A stretch of 64,000 bases of DNA. Origin: Octopus vulgaris (taxonomy: Eukaryota). This document shows positions 39,130 to 51,125 of the stretch, one piece after another. How positions within the stretch are numbered: position 1 is the first letter of the stretch; every line of letters starts with the position of its first letter. The DNA lies in contig OX597814.1 in the NCBI GenBank assembly GCA_951406725.2, positions 134,168,001 to 134,232,000 on the forward strand, read 5' to 3'. The translations under genes were made by a program, and so were the position numbers. The notes below the pieces were generated by a model. That model saw nothing but the letters and a program-made list of their open reading frames with translations. It ran no database searches and was not told the DNA's origin.

Positions 39130-39690
39130 TTCCGGTGCAATACCAGGCACCGGCTCTCAAAGTTTCTCATCTTAACTGACTCGAAGTGTTATCATATACA
39201 TGATATAAAAGATGGGCTGCAGCAAATATTCTACTCAATACCACAGATTTGCTTGTCAGTTGCTTGTCCTTAAACACTTGAGCATGACCCTTAGTGGCTG
39301 ACGATATGTGCATCTCTGATTACAAACAGAAGTACTGGGTGGCGGGGCATCACAGCCATGTGTTGAGAGGAATTCTTTGGAATTTGAATAATTAATCTCT
39401 GAAAACATGGGTGTTTCGTTCAACATCCTTAAACAACCTTTATTCATGGCCCTTTTGAGTGGGACGGGCTACTCGACCTGAAGAAAATTCTAACTGGGCT
39501 CCACTTGCAAGGTTATGCACTGTTTATCTTGATATGAGATTACCATTTCGCGCACATATGGTTGTGATGCATGTGCCTGATGTATTCTTATCAGACCGGT
39601 AATCATGATGGGTATACTGGCCGTCGTATATTTGTACACCAATGTCACTTTGATGGCCTTCGCTGCTCTCTCACTGAATAATAATAATTA
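39130..39690 (+). repeat. Dispersed ~550-bp repeat ending in (AAT)n, copy 1
   Basis: Colinear with 41670-42220; both end CTCTCACT[G/C]AATAATAAT. Confidence 0.85.
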
Positions 39691-40860
39691 TTATTGTTTT
39701 GGTTTATCTCAGGTTCGGACCTATTCGTGGTAGGGATTATGGGGATAGCGGGTTACTACCAGTAACTTTAGTTATCCACAAGTTTTCTGCAGTCTTTAAG
39801 TGCTTGGGGCCCTCCTGATAATCCTTGCTGTCCCTAAGCAACAAAAGTTTTGTAGAAAATCTCCCGGGCATTCTATTTTAATCTCCCTCAGCCATTTCTC
39901 TGTATCTTGGCTTTCTGATCCCAGCGCACCAATTATTATAGGCACGACCTTCAATGTTCGCATGCTCCAAATTCTTCCTATTTCAAACCTTAGGAGATTG
40001 TGCTTTCTTCTTCCTCTTTCTTTACGATCCTGGAATTAAATGGGCATGATGGGTCGATAAGTAAGTAGCTTCGTTTTTGCTTATCTATGATTGTAATATC
40101 TGGTTTTCTAATTTCTTGTCCGTTTGAATCCGGAACTCACACAAAATCTTACATCTCTCCAACTCTAGTATTCTTTCGACTTGATGGCAGTTTCCAGTGT
40201 AAAACTTTAACACATGGTTGTGCCTCCATTTCTTATATTCTTCCACTTCTTATATTCTTCTCGTTCCGAGTACCGCAAGCTTTACATTTTTCTGACACAT
40301 TTTCTTCGTATATATTTTTCTCAAGTTGTTTATTTTTATCGCTTGATCTTGAGCTGCCACAATTAGGCTTTGTTTTTTTTTTTGTTTTTGTTTTTTTTAT
40401 TGCCCCTTTTTTTAACCAAACCCAGGATTTTGCTCTACATACGTCTTCAGTGTATCTCCCAAATTGGCCATGCAGAGGATTCTCTTCGATCTATCTGACG
40501 TGTTCTCTTTGTATTTTATTCTTGTCCTTTTCTCCTATTACCCGCCTATTTACCTGTTCTTTCTTAACTAACTTTAGTAGTTTTTCTGTACTGCTCTATA
40601 AATACCCTACTAGACTTTTTCCATCTGTACACATTCTTCTACTGCTATTAAGCCTCGTCCATCCTGGTCTCTCCTCAATCTCCTCAAGTAGAGCCGGTTA
40701 ATATCAGCTTTCGGATGGTAGGCTACATACATCGTCAACAACTTCCTAGTTTTTCTGTCAAGTTTCTTTATTTCTTTTCTGATTCAGTCTATTATTCCAA
40801 CTCCATATATGATTAAGGGTACTACTCTTCAATTTATTACTTCACTGAGATTTTTGTAAA
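39690..40860 (-). mobile_element. R4/Dong-like RLE LINE 3' fragment, decayed
   Basis: Minus strand LDRKTRKLLTMYVAYHPKADINRLY, GRGL, LHGQF, KPDITIIDK, VVPIIIGALG, GTARIIRRA; (AAT)n ends. Confidence 0.85.
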
Positions 40861-40889
40861 TTAATATTATTATTATTATTATTATTAGA

Positions 40890-41055
40890 ACCCTCCTGAT
40901 GATAACAATTATCAGGAGGATGGTAAATATTTGAAAGACTGCTGAAACTTGTTAATACCTAAGGTTACAGGTAGTAACTCGCTATCCTCATAATTCCTAC
41001 CAGAAATAAGACCGAATCTGAGCCTAACCAAAATTATTATTATTATTATTATTAT
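40890..41055 (+). mobile_element. Very short 3' end of the same R4/Dong-like family, opposite orientation
   Basis: GGTAGTAACTCGCTATCCTCATAATTCCTACCA matches the reverse complement of 39725-39765. Confidence 0.75.
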
Positions 41056-41059
41056 TATA

Positions 41060-41650
41060 AGGCTAAGAAGGAATATATTCACAGACACGACAGAGTTTGG
41101 ACCTATATATGCTGGAAGCTATGCCAACACTATGGAATAACAACAGAAAAAAGATGGTATAGGCACACGCAAGAATAGCTCACAGAAAACGAGATAGCAA
41201 CCATACCTCGAGATATGCCAATACGCACAGATAGAGAAATTAAGGCCAATAGGCCGGATATAGTTGTCAGAGATGACCAAGAAAAAAATTCTTTCTAATC
41301 GATGTATCAATACCAACAGATGACAATGTTTCTCTAAAAGAAACGGAGAGACTTTAAAAATACAAACTCCTTGAAATAGAGGTAACTCGAATGTGAAGTC
41401 TAAAAACAGAAACAATTCCTATCATAGTAGGTGTATTAGGTATGATATAAAAAATATTCAGACAAATACATAACAAAAACACCAGGACTAACAAGTATAT
41501 ATAACGTACAGAATATGGCGCTACTAGGCACCGCACACATCTTACGTAAAACACTTTCAATACAGTAAAAATAACAACAAACACAAAACGGCGCTCAGTA
41601 GTGCAGTAAAAGCACATGATAAAAATAAGACTACTAAATAATAAGAAGAA
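41060..41650 (+). mobile_element. Second R4/Dong-like RLE LINE 3' fragment
   Basis: YIHRHDRV, ANRPDIVV, IDVSIPTDDNV, IPIIVGVLG, ALLGTAHILRKTL; AAT/AAG tail. Confidence 0.88.
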
Positions 41651-41669
41651 GAAGATGAAGAAGAAGAAG

Positions 41670-42220
41670 AAATGGCTCTCATAGGTTCTGATCTTAACTG
41701 GTTGGAAGTCTTATCATGTAAATGTTTAGTCTTGGTATAAGAGATGGGCTACAACAAATATTCTACCCAATACCACAGATTTGCTTGTCAATTGTTTGAC
41801 CTTAACCAATTGAGCATGCCCTTTGGTGGCTAATGATATGTGCATCTCTGATTACAAACAGAAGTTGAGGAGCATTATAGGCATGTGTTGAGAGGAACTA
41901 TTTGGAGTTTGAATAATTCACCTCTGGAAACATGGGTGTTTCGTTCAACATCCTTAAACAACCCTAATTCAAGGACCATTCGAGTGGGATGGGCTACTCG
42001 ACCTGAAGCAAATTCGAATTGAGCCCCTCCTGCATGGTCATCCGCTGTTTATGAGATCATCATTTCGCGCACATTTGGTTGTGATGCATGTACCTGGTGA
42101 TGCATGTGCCCTTATCAGACGAGTAATCATGATGTGTATACTGGCCTTCGTATATTCTACCCCAATGTCACTTTGATGGCATGCACTGTTCTCTCACTCA
42201 ATAATAATAATAATAATAAT
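41670..42220 (+). repeat. Dispersed ~550-bp repeat, copy 2
   Basis: Colinear with 39130-39690. Confidence 0.85.
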
Positions 42221-42224
42221 GATT

Positions 42225-42628
42225 TCCAATTTTGGCACGAGGCCAGCAATTTCGGGGAAGGGGCTAAGTCGATTATATGGACTCTAATACTCAACTGGTA
42301 TTTATTTTATCGATCTCGAAAGAATGAAAGGCAAAGTCGGCCTCGGCAGAATTTGAGCTCAAAACATAAGGACAGACAAAACACTACTAAGTATTTTGTC
42401 CGACGTACTCACGATTCTACCAGCTCGTTGGCTTAATAATAATAAAAATAATCATTTCTACTACAGGATCAAGGTCTGAAATTTTGGGGGAGGAGACTAG
42501 TCGTTAACATCGACCCCAGTATTTCACTGGTACTTAATTTATTACTACGAAAGAATGAAAGGCAAAATTAACCCCGGCGGAATTTTAAGTCAGAAGGTAT
42601 GCTAACGATTCAGCCTGTTCACCGCCTT

Positions 42629-42630
<2 letters not shown>
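42225..42630 (-). mobile_element. Two adjacent Nin-like SINEs separated by (AAT)n
   Basis: Both match 37835-38055 and 38375-38595. Confidence 0.75.
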
Positions 42631-42686
<56 letters not shown>

Positions 42687-43722
42687 CATCCGACGTAATC
42701 CGATTAAAATAATTGGATAGCTACGCACTAACTGCGCATGAACCTAGATTCACGAAACCATTTAACTCTGTTCTCCGGTCTTCCTTGTTTTTCTTCCCTG
42801 TTTTTCTCTCTAAAACAAACAGTCCGAATTGAAAGAACATTAGTTGCAGTATTTGTTCCACCTCTCCGCAATCTGAGATTAAATTTCACCGAGGTGACTT
42901 TTATCTTTTATCCTTTCGGAAACGATGATGCTTTGCAGTTTTTGTCTGGTACTTTGCGTCGCCCAATTTAATACCACGACTTGATTCTTAGGTGCCTTTA
43001 ATGAAGGTCACTCTGTTTCAAGCTTTTGAGCCAGATGACCAGTTTGAGAAAATATTTTTTCTTCCTCCCTCTAATCTCAGAGGTTCTAAAAAAAAAGTTC
43101 TTGTGCATTGACCTTCCCTTCCAGACTAAATAGTGGTAAAAAGAACATTCCACTTTTTTATTCCATTCTGAAACTAATTTTATAATTTTGCATTGTTATT
43201 CGTTTGTTTGTGTTCTTAGATAATTCTTTAGATTAAAATGTTATCCATTGAATGACATTGCTTTTCTTTCCGCACATAATTATTTATAATTAACTTTTAA
43301 TGATCCCTGCATTAACTAGATTATCTTTGTGGCCAGTCGAAAATATGAAATTAAACCGAAAAAGAATTTTTTAAGTGGGTAATTACATGAGTGCGTTGAA
43401 AGACAGAAAGTGCGAGTTTTGAGAGAGAGTGGGGAGAGAGAGAGAGAGAGAAGTTCACCATTAGATACTGGTAGAGAATAATTTTGTCTCTGGCGTTAAA
43501 TTTTCGTCACGAAGAAGCCAGTTTCTAGGTTCTTTACACCACCATTACCACCCATCGGTCATATGCTAAACAGGAGGTAATATACAACAACTAATAAACA
43601 AGGTGTAATGGACCGACCGTTGCTACTATTCTGACAAAGTGGATATAAAAGATTTATTAGGGAACTACCGATGTGACTTTGTGGTTAAGTGGCTGTACAT
43701 GATATTGAGCGTGAGAAAGTAC

Positions 43723-43771
<49 letters not shown>

Positions 43772-45043
43772 CGTGCGCGCGCGCGTGTCTGTGAGTGAGT
43801 GTTTGAAAAAAACACGTCCATGCTTGTGCGAAACTGCCAGCCATCAGCTTTCTTCGTAGCGTCGTGTTTGGTGATGTTTGGAAAATATATTGTGTAGGGA
43901 ACCAAAATTGTGTAACATACGACTGAATAACTAAATACAAGGCTAAAAGGGACTTTTATCTACTGAAGACAAAATCCTAAAGTTTCAACTGATTAAACAG
44001 GATCATGTGTTGAAAAAAAAAACTTTTTAACGCTTTAACTTTGATCGGTGGATCGGTAAAATCGTTAAAGTGTTTAACAAAATGCATCTATGTATTTAGT
44101 TCTGGTTCTTTGCATTCGAAGTCAACAATGCTTCCCATCTCTCCAGGGTCGATATAAATTGAATACTGGGATCGGTTTAGTTTACTGATAATGATGTTTG
44201 TCATGCTTCTTCAAGCAAGCAACCATAATCAAGAATTTCAGAACGAATTTTCTTTGCTCCGCTTGCGCTTTAAGGGCGAATGTCGGTGTAAACGCCAACA
44301 GTAAGTACCCAAAGATATTAGTCGCTTTGAGAGACACAATGATGGGACAATATCACACAAATCCTCAAATGAAATGGCTATGTAATACGTCCATCATCAT
44401 GCACGATGCTTATCGGAATACTAAAAGTGAAATAACTTTAAGTGTATAAAAACTTCGAGTCTTTGTATAGCTGATCGTTATTTAAGGTGCCTAAAGTATT
44501 TAGTTTGTTGCATGCTATATGTAACTTAGTATTGAAGCTGTATCTTTAATATGGTGAATATTAGATAAAAAACATATCAGAATTTTAACACAGAGTTAGA
44601 AACTCATTATTTACAGAAACTTTCACGAGACTCTAAATGAACGCCATTATTCTTGACAACCAATAATAATTGATATTATAGAAAATGCCTTAAATAACAT
44701 GACGAAATTTTTTCTTTTCTTATTTTCTCATTTCCTTTTTCTTCTGAGCTTTACAGAAAACAAGCAGAAGAAAATTGGAAGTAAACTCAAGTGCGATGAA
44801 GAAAACAGAAAATAAACGCCAACTTAAGACTGCTACAATATATATATATATATATATTTGGATAGTACCTCTGATAGCACTTGTCACACCCATCAAATAT
44901 GTAATAATACTGGCTTTTCAAGAGTGTAAGTTAAATGGATGTTAGATAATTGCACGAGTATAGACATAATTAGAAATATACAGCTCTGCAAAAAACATAA
45001 CCGGTACTACATCATACAATGTCCTATCTTTTTAAGACGGCTT

Positions 45044-45080
<37 letters not shown>

Positions 45081-45082
<2 letters not shown>

Positions 45083-45400
45083 AGCAGTATAGCCCGGCGT
45101 TGCCCGGAATTAAGTTAGAATTATTAAGTGATCAAGCGATTTATTTCAAACCAAAATAAGTGACACCGACATCAAATTTGAGCGAAACCCGTTGAAATTG
45201 GTAAATGTTTGGCTGAAAATGGGTTGCAGGCAATTTGATTGGGAAATCGATTTATTGATTATTTCCACTCATGGTTTGTTTTTGTTTTTTTTTCTTTTTT
45301 GGGAACTTAAAGCATTCAAAGATCCCATGAGTCAAGTTTGAGACAAAATATGTCAAAATTAGTAAACGTTATGATTGAAAATGGTGTGTAGCCAATTTTA
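45081..45400 (-). mobile_element. Helitron-like non-autonomous element, 3' terminus
   Basis: Minus strand CCGGGCAACGCCGGG hairpin, 8 nt, then CTAG followed by T; far boundary uncertain. Confidence 0.55.
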
Positions 45401-45649
45401 GTGGGAAATCCTATAAGGAATCGGTTTATCAATTTTTATCCTGGTTGAATGGAAAACCCCAAATGGATGCCCGCCACCGATAGTGTTTGGCCTTGGGATT
45501 TGTTGATGGACATGGCGAGAAAATGCGACTGCTTGGTAAGCCAGCCGGTCGTGAAGAGAACGAGATAAGACTGACCACAGGTCATATGTCAGTGGTACGA
45601 GGAAGAAATACAAGGGGGGGTCAGAGAGAAACAGAGAAGGAAGTAAAAC

Positions 45650-48000
45650 AACGTGATAGATAGCAGCATATAAAATAGTAACTTTATCAGAGAACACTAT
45701 TTCAACGACAAAAATTAACATACTAACAAAAGGACTAAAATTTATCAGAAACCCACGCAGAGCTAATCAGAATGAAATCAAAGACAATATTATGTAATTT
45801 TGCTGAAAGTTGTGACTTACAGAAGCACTACTTTAACTATAGTAACGATGACGACTCACTTGTTAAAAACAAAAGCAAATATCTTCCACCAAAGAATAGG
45901 AATAAAACACTCGATGACTTTTGCTTCCACATTCTTGATTTCCTTTATAATACTTCACACAAACAAAGAATTAACTCAAACCTTAGTACTACTCATGGAA
46001 AAAATCGCAAAACGATGAAGAATTGACAGTTAAAGAAACCGATAAAGAGAGTGTTGTAGTGATGGACAGAGAATACTACAAAAACCTAATGCTGCACATG
46101 CTAGAAAATGATTCCTGCTACGAGAAGTTTGAAAACTATAAATAACAGAAAATAATGAGAACATTTTCGTCCCTCATGAAAAGGATCTGACAATCAAATT
46201 GACAACATAACCAATTTTAAATGTAAACCGAGTCTTTTCTAAGGTTTACCAAAAATACACAAAAGCCAAATGATTAATAACGCTTGCAAAGAATCATCAG
46301 ACTTAAACATTAATGTCCAATCACCACGTGATTTAAACTGGCCCATCGTGTAAAACATACTATTTAAGCAACTTCCTTCACATCCTACTGAAATCCCTTC
46401 TGAAATATATCAAAAGTTTCATTAGAGACGATCTAAATATACTAAATCACCTCCCACAAACAATCAATGAAGAGACGGTCATGGTATCCGTTGATGTTGT
46501 GAACCTATATACTAATATCTCACATGACTATGGAAGAAAGCTATCCAGAACTACCAGGATGCATCAACAAGGAATTTGTAATTGAAACATCCAGAATAAT
46601 TATTTCATGTTTGCTACCAATTAGTACTGGCAGGAACTTGGAATTGCGATGGAAACAAAAGCAGCCCAGTTCTTGCAAACCTAGTAACAGAGTATTTAGA
46701 ATTTACTGTATATCAAGCATCACTACAAAAATATGAATGTTCCTTTTACCAGTATATAAGGGAGAACTGGATGACTGCTTCTCCTTTGAAATGAGATTAC
46801 TGATAAACTATTCGAATTTAAAATACTGATCAGTGGTATAAATACTAATATCCTATTCACAATGGAAATCAATAAAGAGAAACTTCCATTTCTTGATTCT
46901 TTAATGAAAAAAATGTCAATAACCAAATTGAAGCCGACGTCTATTATAAATCCACAGAATTCGAAGCAATACATACTATTCAGCTCATACGACCCGAAAC
47001 ACATTAAAATAAATATCACTTTCAATAGTGTCTGATAAAAATACTCGGGACCTACGACATACTCGTCGAGAGAAATTATCCATTTTCCCAAACAGATGAT
47101 GGAATAAAACGTGCCAAGAGAATTGATATCCAAACACTAAGAGAAGTAAAACGAAATAACATACCCAATCTAAAAATTCTACCTTACATATCTACCCAAG
47201 ACCCTAAGAACAATGAGGCGTATAATACTATTATTCAAAATTTACATACACTCACTAGGGACTATACGCTAGTTCAAATTTTCGGTATACTCAAGTTCAT
47301 TGAAAGCAAAAAACAACACAACCAAAATCACTGAAGAAATCACTGACAGGTACAACATTATACCCAGCAAAAACAGAACCAAGAGTTAAACAATGCGGGC
47401 GACCTAACTGTGGGACATGTCCCAACCTATTGGAAGGTTCGAAGAGCAAAGATTCAAAATTAAGACTGAGTTTACTTAATGTACGTCATAATTTGTTCGG
47501 GATGTGGACACAATTATATAGGGCAAGCAAGAATGTTTCACAGACGGAGGAAAATATGTATATATTTACAGAGAGAGAGAATAAAAGAGCATAAATTTGA
47601 CATAGAGTTCATAGTTTTATGTTCCACAACTGTTTTGGAACATCACTAAATAAACATCACTAAATATATATATCTACATAATCATAATGCATAAATAATT
47701 AATTTAAATTAATTCAGTTTGTTTACACAAATCATTAAATCTATTATGCTATGTATCACAATTGCTATTATATATTTAATGATGTCTCTCTTTATGAAAC
47801 AGCTGTTGAGCGCAAGTTGTGAACTCAATGCAGTATTTATACTTTTCTGCTTTTCTTCTAAATAGGTTTCTCTTAAAGTTCGTTTTAGCCGAATATATAT
47901 ATAAATATGTATGTCGATACCTCTTGGATTTACTGTTAGGTAATAACATGTTGGAATTTAATGATCTGTTCTTAATTGAGCTCTTAAAATATCTATCTCA
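45650..48000 (+). mobile_element. Near full-length, heavily decayed Penelope-like element
   Basis: ILTKGLKF, KETDKESVVVMD, GLPKIHK, DVVNLYTNISHDYG, LDDCF, FTMEINKEKLPFLD, CGRPNCGTC, YVIICSGCGHNYIGQ; many stops and frameshifts. Confidence 0.88.
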
Positions 48001-48192
48001 CCTGGCTTGCACTTTGAAGAGGAGGTATCTCACTCTCCCTCTCTCTCTCTCACTCGTTCCCTCTTACTCACTCTCTCCCACTCACTCTCTCTCACTCACT
48101 CACTCTCTCTCCCTCACTCTTTCTCACTCATTCTCACTCACTCACTCTCTTAAACACACACACGTACATACACTCATACATTTATATATGTA

Positions 48193-48227
<35 letters not shown>

Positions 48228-48241
48228 TTACATACAGATTT

Positions 48242-48276
<35 letters not shown>

Positions 48277-48291
48277 CATATACATACACAC

Positions 48292-48322
<31 letters not shown>

Positions 48323-48884
48323 TGTATGCATGTACGTATGTATGTATGCATGTATAAGTATGCATGAATGTTATATATAGGGTCATTATTTCTCCCCATA
48401 AATTTGCCATTTAATTTACATTCTGCCCAGTTAAGTTTCCCCGCTAACTTGACAATACATTTTCATTTATTATACTATTTCTCGCAAGTGCTTACACTTC
48501 TGTTACCCCTTTAATACCCCCACTGTTTCACAAACCATTATCGCACTGTTGTTGTTCAATAAAATATTGAGACTGTATATTGGTATTTAGTCATTTCTTT
48601 TTCTAGCTAATGTTCGGTGTTTTTAATTTTTTTAAAGAAAACAACATTACCAAATATAGGCATAGAGATACGCATTGAGATACACATACACACAAAGAGA
48701 CGGAAAAACAAACACACGCTTACACAAACATAGATACACATTTACAGGCACATATATGCATAAATGTGTATATGCACCCATGTACATACATACACACATA
48801 TGCATAGATATATATTTATATTTACACTTATATACACTTCCGTGCATAAATACATACATCTATCAATATATGTTTTTTTTTGTT

Positions 48885-49090
48885 TTTTAATCGTTTCAGT
48901 CATTTGACTGCGACCATGCTGGAGCACCGTCTTGAAGGAGTTTTATTGAAGCAAATAGGCCCCAGGACTTATTTTTAAAACCTAGTATTTATTCTATCGG
49001 TCTTTTGCCGAACCGCTAGAAAAGGGGACATAAATATAACACCACAACAACAGTTGTCAAGCAGTGATGGGGGGGGGACAAACATAGACA
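48885..49090 (-). mobile_element. SINE family A, 3' half
   Basis: TTTCAGTCATTTGACTGCGACCATGCTGGAGCACC is the reverse complement of the family A tail. Confidence 0.8.
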
Positions 49091-49138
49091 TCTATCTATC
49101 TATTTCTATCTTTCTATCAGACACACATAGATACATAC

Positions 49139-49182
<44 letters not shown>

Positions 49183-49186
<4 letters not shown>

Positions 49187-49730
49187 TTAAAGAGCTAAAA
49201 ACCACTATGTGGTCAGCCATATGCTACAAGTAGATCACCTACGATCAAACTACAAAGAAAAGAATGTTCTCTAGAGAAAAATTCAGCGGACACCAGAACA
49301 ATATACGGGCAAGACAGATGAAAATTATATAAAAAAAAAAACAAGAATTAATCGCAAACCGGCGGTTTCGCCTATTAACGAATCAATCACTTACGTAATC
49401 CTTCATCCGTAGGACTCGTCAGTACGATCGTTCCACAAGTAATATAGTTTGTAAAACTAACCCCCAGTTTTCCGTATAAAAACAGACACGTGCTTAGTTC
49501 CACCGATTACATTGGGGTCAATTTCAAATGGCTGAGTTCTGGCGCGCTAAATTCCGGAAACTTCTAGCATATGGCTGACCACATAGTAGTTTTTAGCCCT
49601 TTAAATATACACATGTATTAGAATTTTCTCTGATTTTTCAGATTTTTGTATGCTAGGCTACTGGTTTTAAATTGATATTAATTAAATTAATATTCAATTT
49701 ATCTCCCTCATTATTTAAATTATATATATA
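49183..49730. mobile_element. ORF-less element with partial inverted repeat and hammerhead
   Basis: 49183-49229 is the inverse of ~49560-49608; hammerhead on the minus strand at 49351-49428; bounded by (TG)n and (TA)n. Confidence 0.8.
49351..49428 (-). ncRNA. Type I hammerhead ribozyme with long stem II loop
   Basis: ATCGTA-CTGACGA-GTCCTA...TAGGC-GAA-ACCGCCGGT-T-TGCGAT; 6-bp stem I, 3-bp stem III. Confidence 0.82.
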
Positions 49731-49840
49731 TATCTTTCTATCAGAAACATGTAGATATATACATATATATATATATATCTTTTATTTCTTCTATATGTTT
49801 CAGCCCAAAGGCTGTGGCCATGCTAAAGAGCTGCCACATA

Positions 49841-50192
49841 GGCGTAGGAGTGGCTGTATGGTAAGTAGCTTGTTTAGGGACCACATGGTTCCGGGTTCAG
49901 TCCCACTGCGTGGCACCTTGGGCAAGAGTCTTCTACTATAGCCTAGGGTCGACCAAAGCCTTGTGAGTTGATTTGGTAGACAGAAACTGAAAGATGCCTG
50001 CCGTATGTCTGTGTTTGTCTCCCCACCATCGCTTAGCAACCGACGTTGGTGTGTTTGCGTCCCCGTAAATTAGCGGTTCGGCAAAAGAGCCCGATAGAAT
50101 AAGTACTAAGTCCTGGGGTCGATTTGTTCGACTGAAAGCAGTGCTCCAGCATAGCCGCAGTCAAATGACTAAAACAATAAAAAAAGTAAAAG
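49841..50192 (+). mobile_element. SINE family A lacking the internal microsatellite expansion
   Basis: Colinear with 2535-2958. Confidence 0.85.
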
Positions 50193-50198
50193 AATATA

Positions 50199-50319
<121 letters not shown>

Positions 50320-50706
50320 GTGTGTATATATATATACATACATATATACATATAGAGATTAAAATAAGAGAAATAAAATATGAAATAGAATGGTGAAGAA
50401 TAAAAAATGAGCACCCATTATCCGGCGTACGTGACTTATGCCTCGAGGAAGCTTTGTGCGTTCTTTTAAGTAACGAAAGCTTGGTAAACAAGCACTCTGA
50501 GAAAATCTCAAGATATTGTCACCGCGACAAATTTGCATTTTCCAGATACAACACAGTAGAAGAAGAAGAATTCAGTGAACTCTCTCCTTCTCCCCTTCCC
50601 CCAATCCATGTGTGCATGGGTCTGGTTGTATTTCTACATGTACGTGTGCGTGATTGTCCGCGTGTCTAATATGCATGGGTGTATGTATCTACGAATATAT
50701 AAGCAC

Positions 50707-50806
50707 NNNNNNNNNNNNNNNNNNNNNNNNNNNNNNNNNNNNNNNNNNNNNNNNNNNNNNNNNNNNNNNNNNNNNNNNNNNNNNNNNNNNNNNNNNNNNN
50801 NNNNNN
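50707..50806. other. Assembly gap (100 N)
   Basis: Run of N; TACGAATATATAAGCAC appears on both sides. Confidence 0.99.
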
Positions 50807-51125
50807 TACGAATATATAAGCACACACACATGCATCTATGTATGTATATGCGTGCGGATATACATACACAGATGCGTGTGCATGTATACATATATTCGTA
50901 GATACATCCATATTAGACACGCGTGCGTATATATGTACATATATGTACATATATGCGTGCGTATATATGTACATATATTTGTATATGTGAGTGCGCGTAC
51001 ATATTCGTATGTGTGAGTGTGTGTGTGTGTGAGTGTGTGTGTGTGTGTGAGTATATATGTTTGTGTGCGTGTATATACGTGCGCACGCGTGTGTATGTGT
51101 TCAAGCGTTAGTATGTATATGGATG

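Noticed and set aside
40087-40701. 204-aa hydrophobic plus-strand ORF
   Set aside because: Antisense shadow of the A-rich R4/Dong-like coding strand.
50690-50823. 17-bp direct repeat around the N run
   Set aside because: Most likely an unresolved contig overlap at a scaffold gap rather than a biological duplication.
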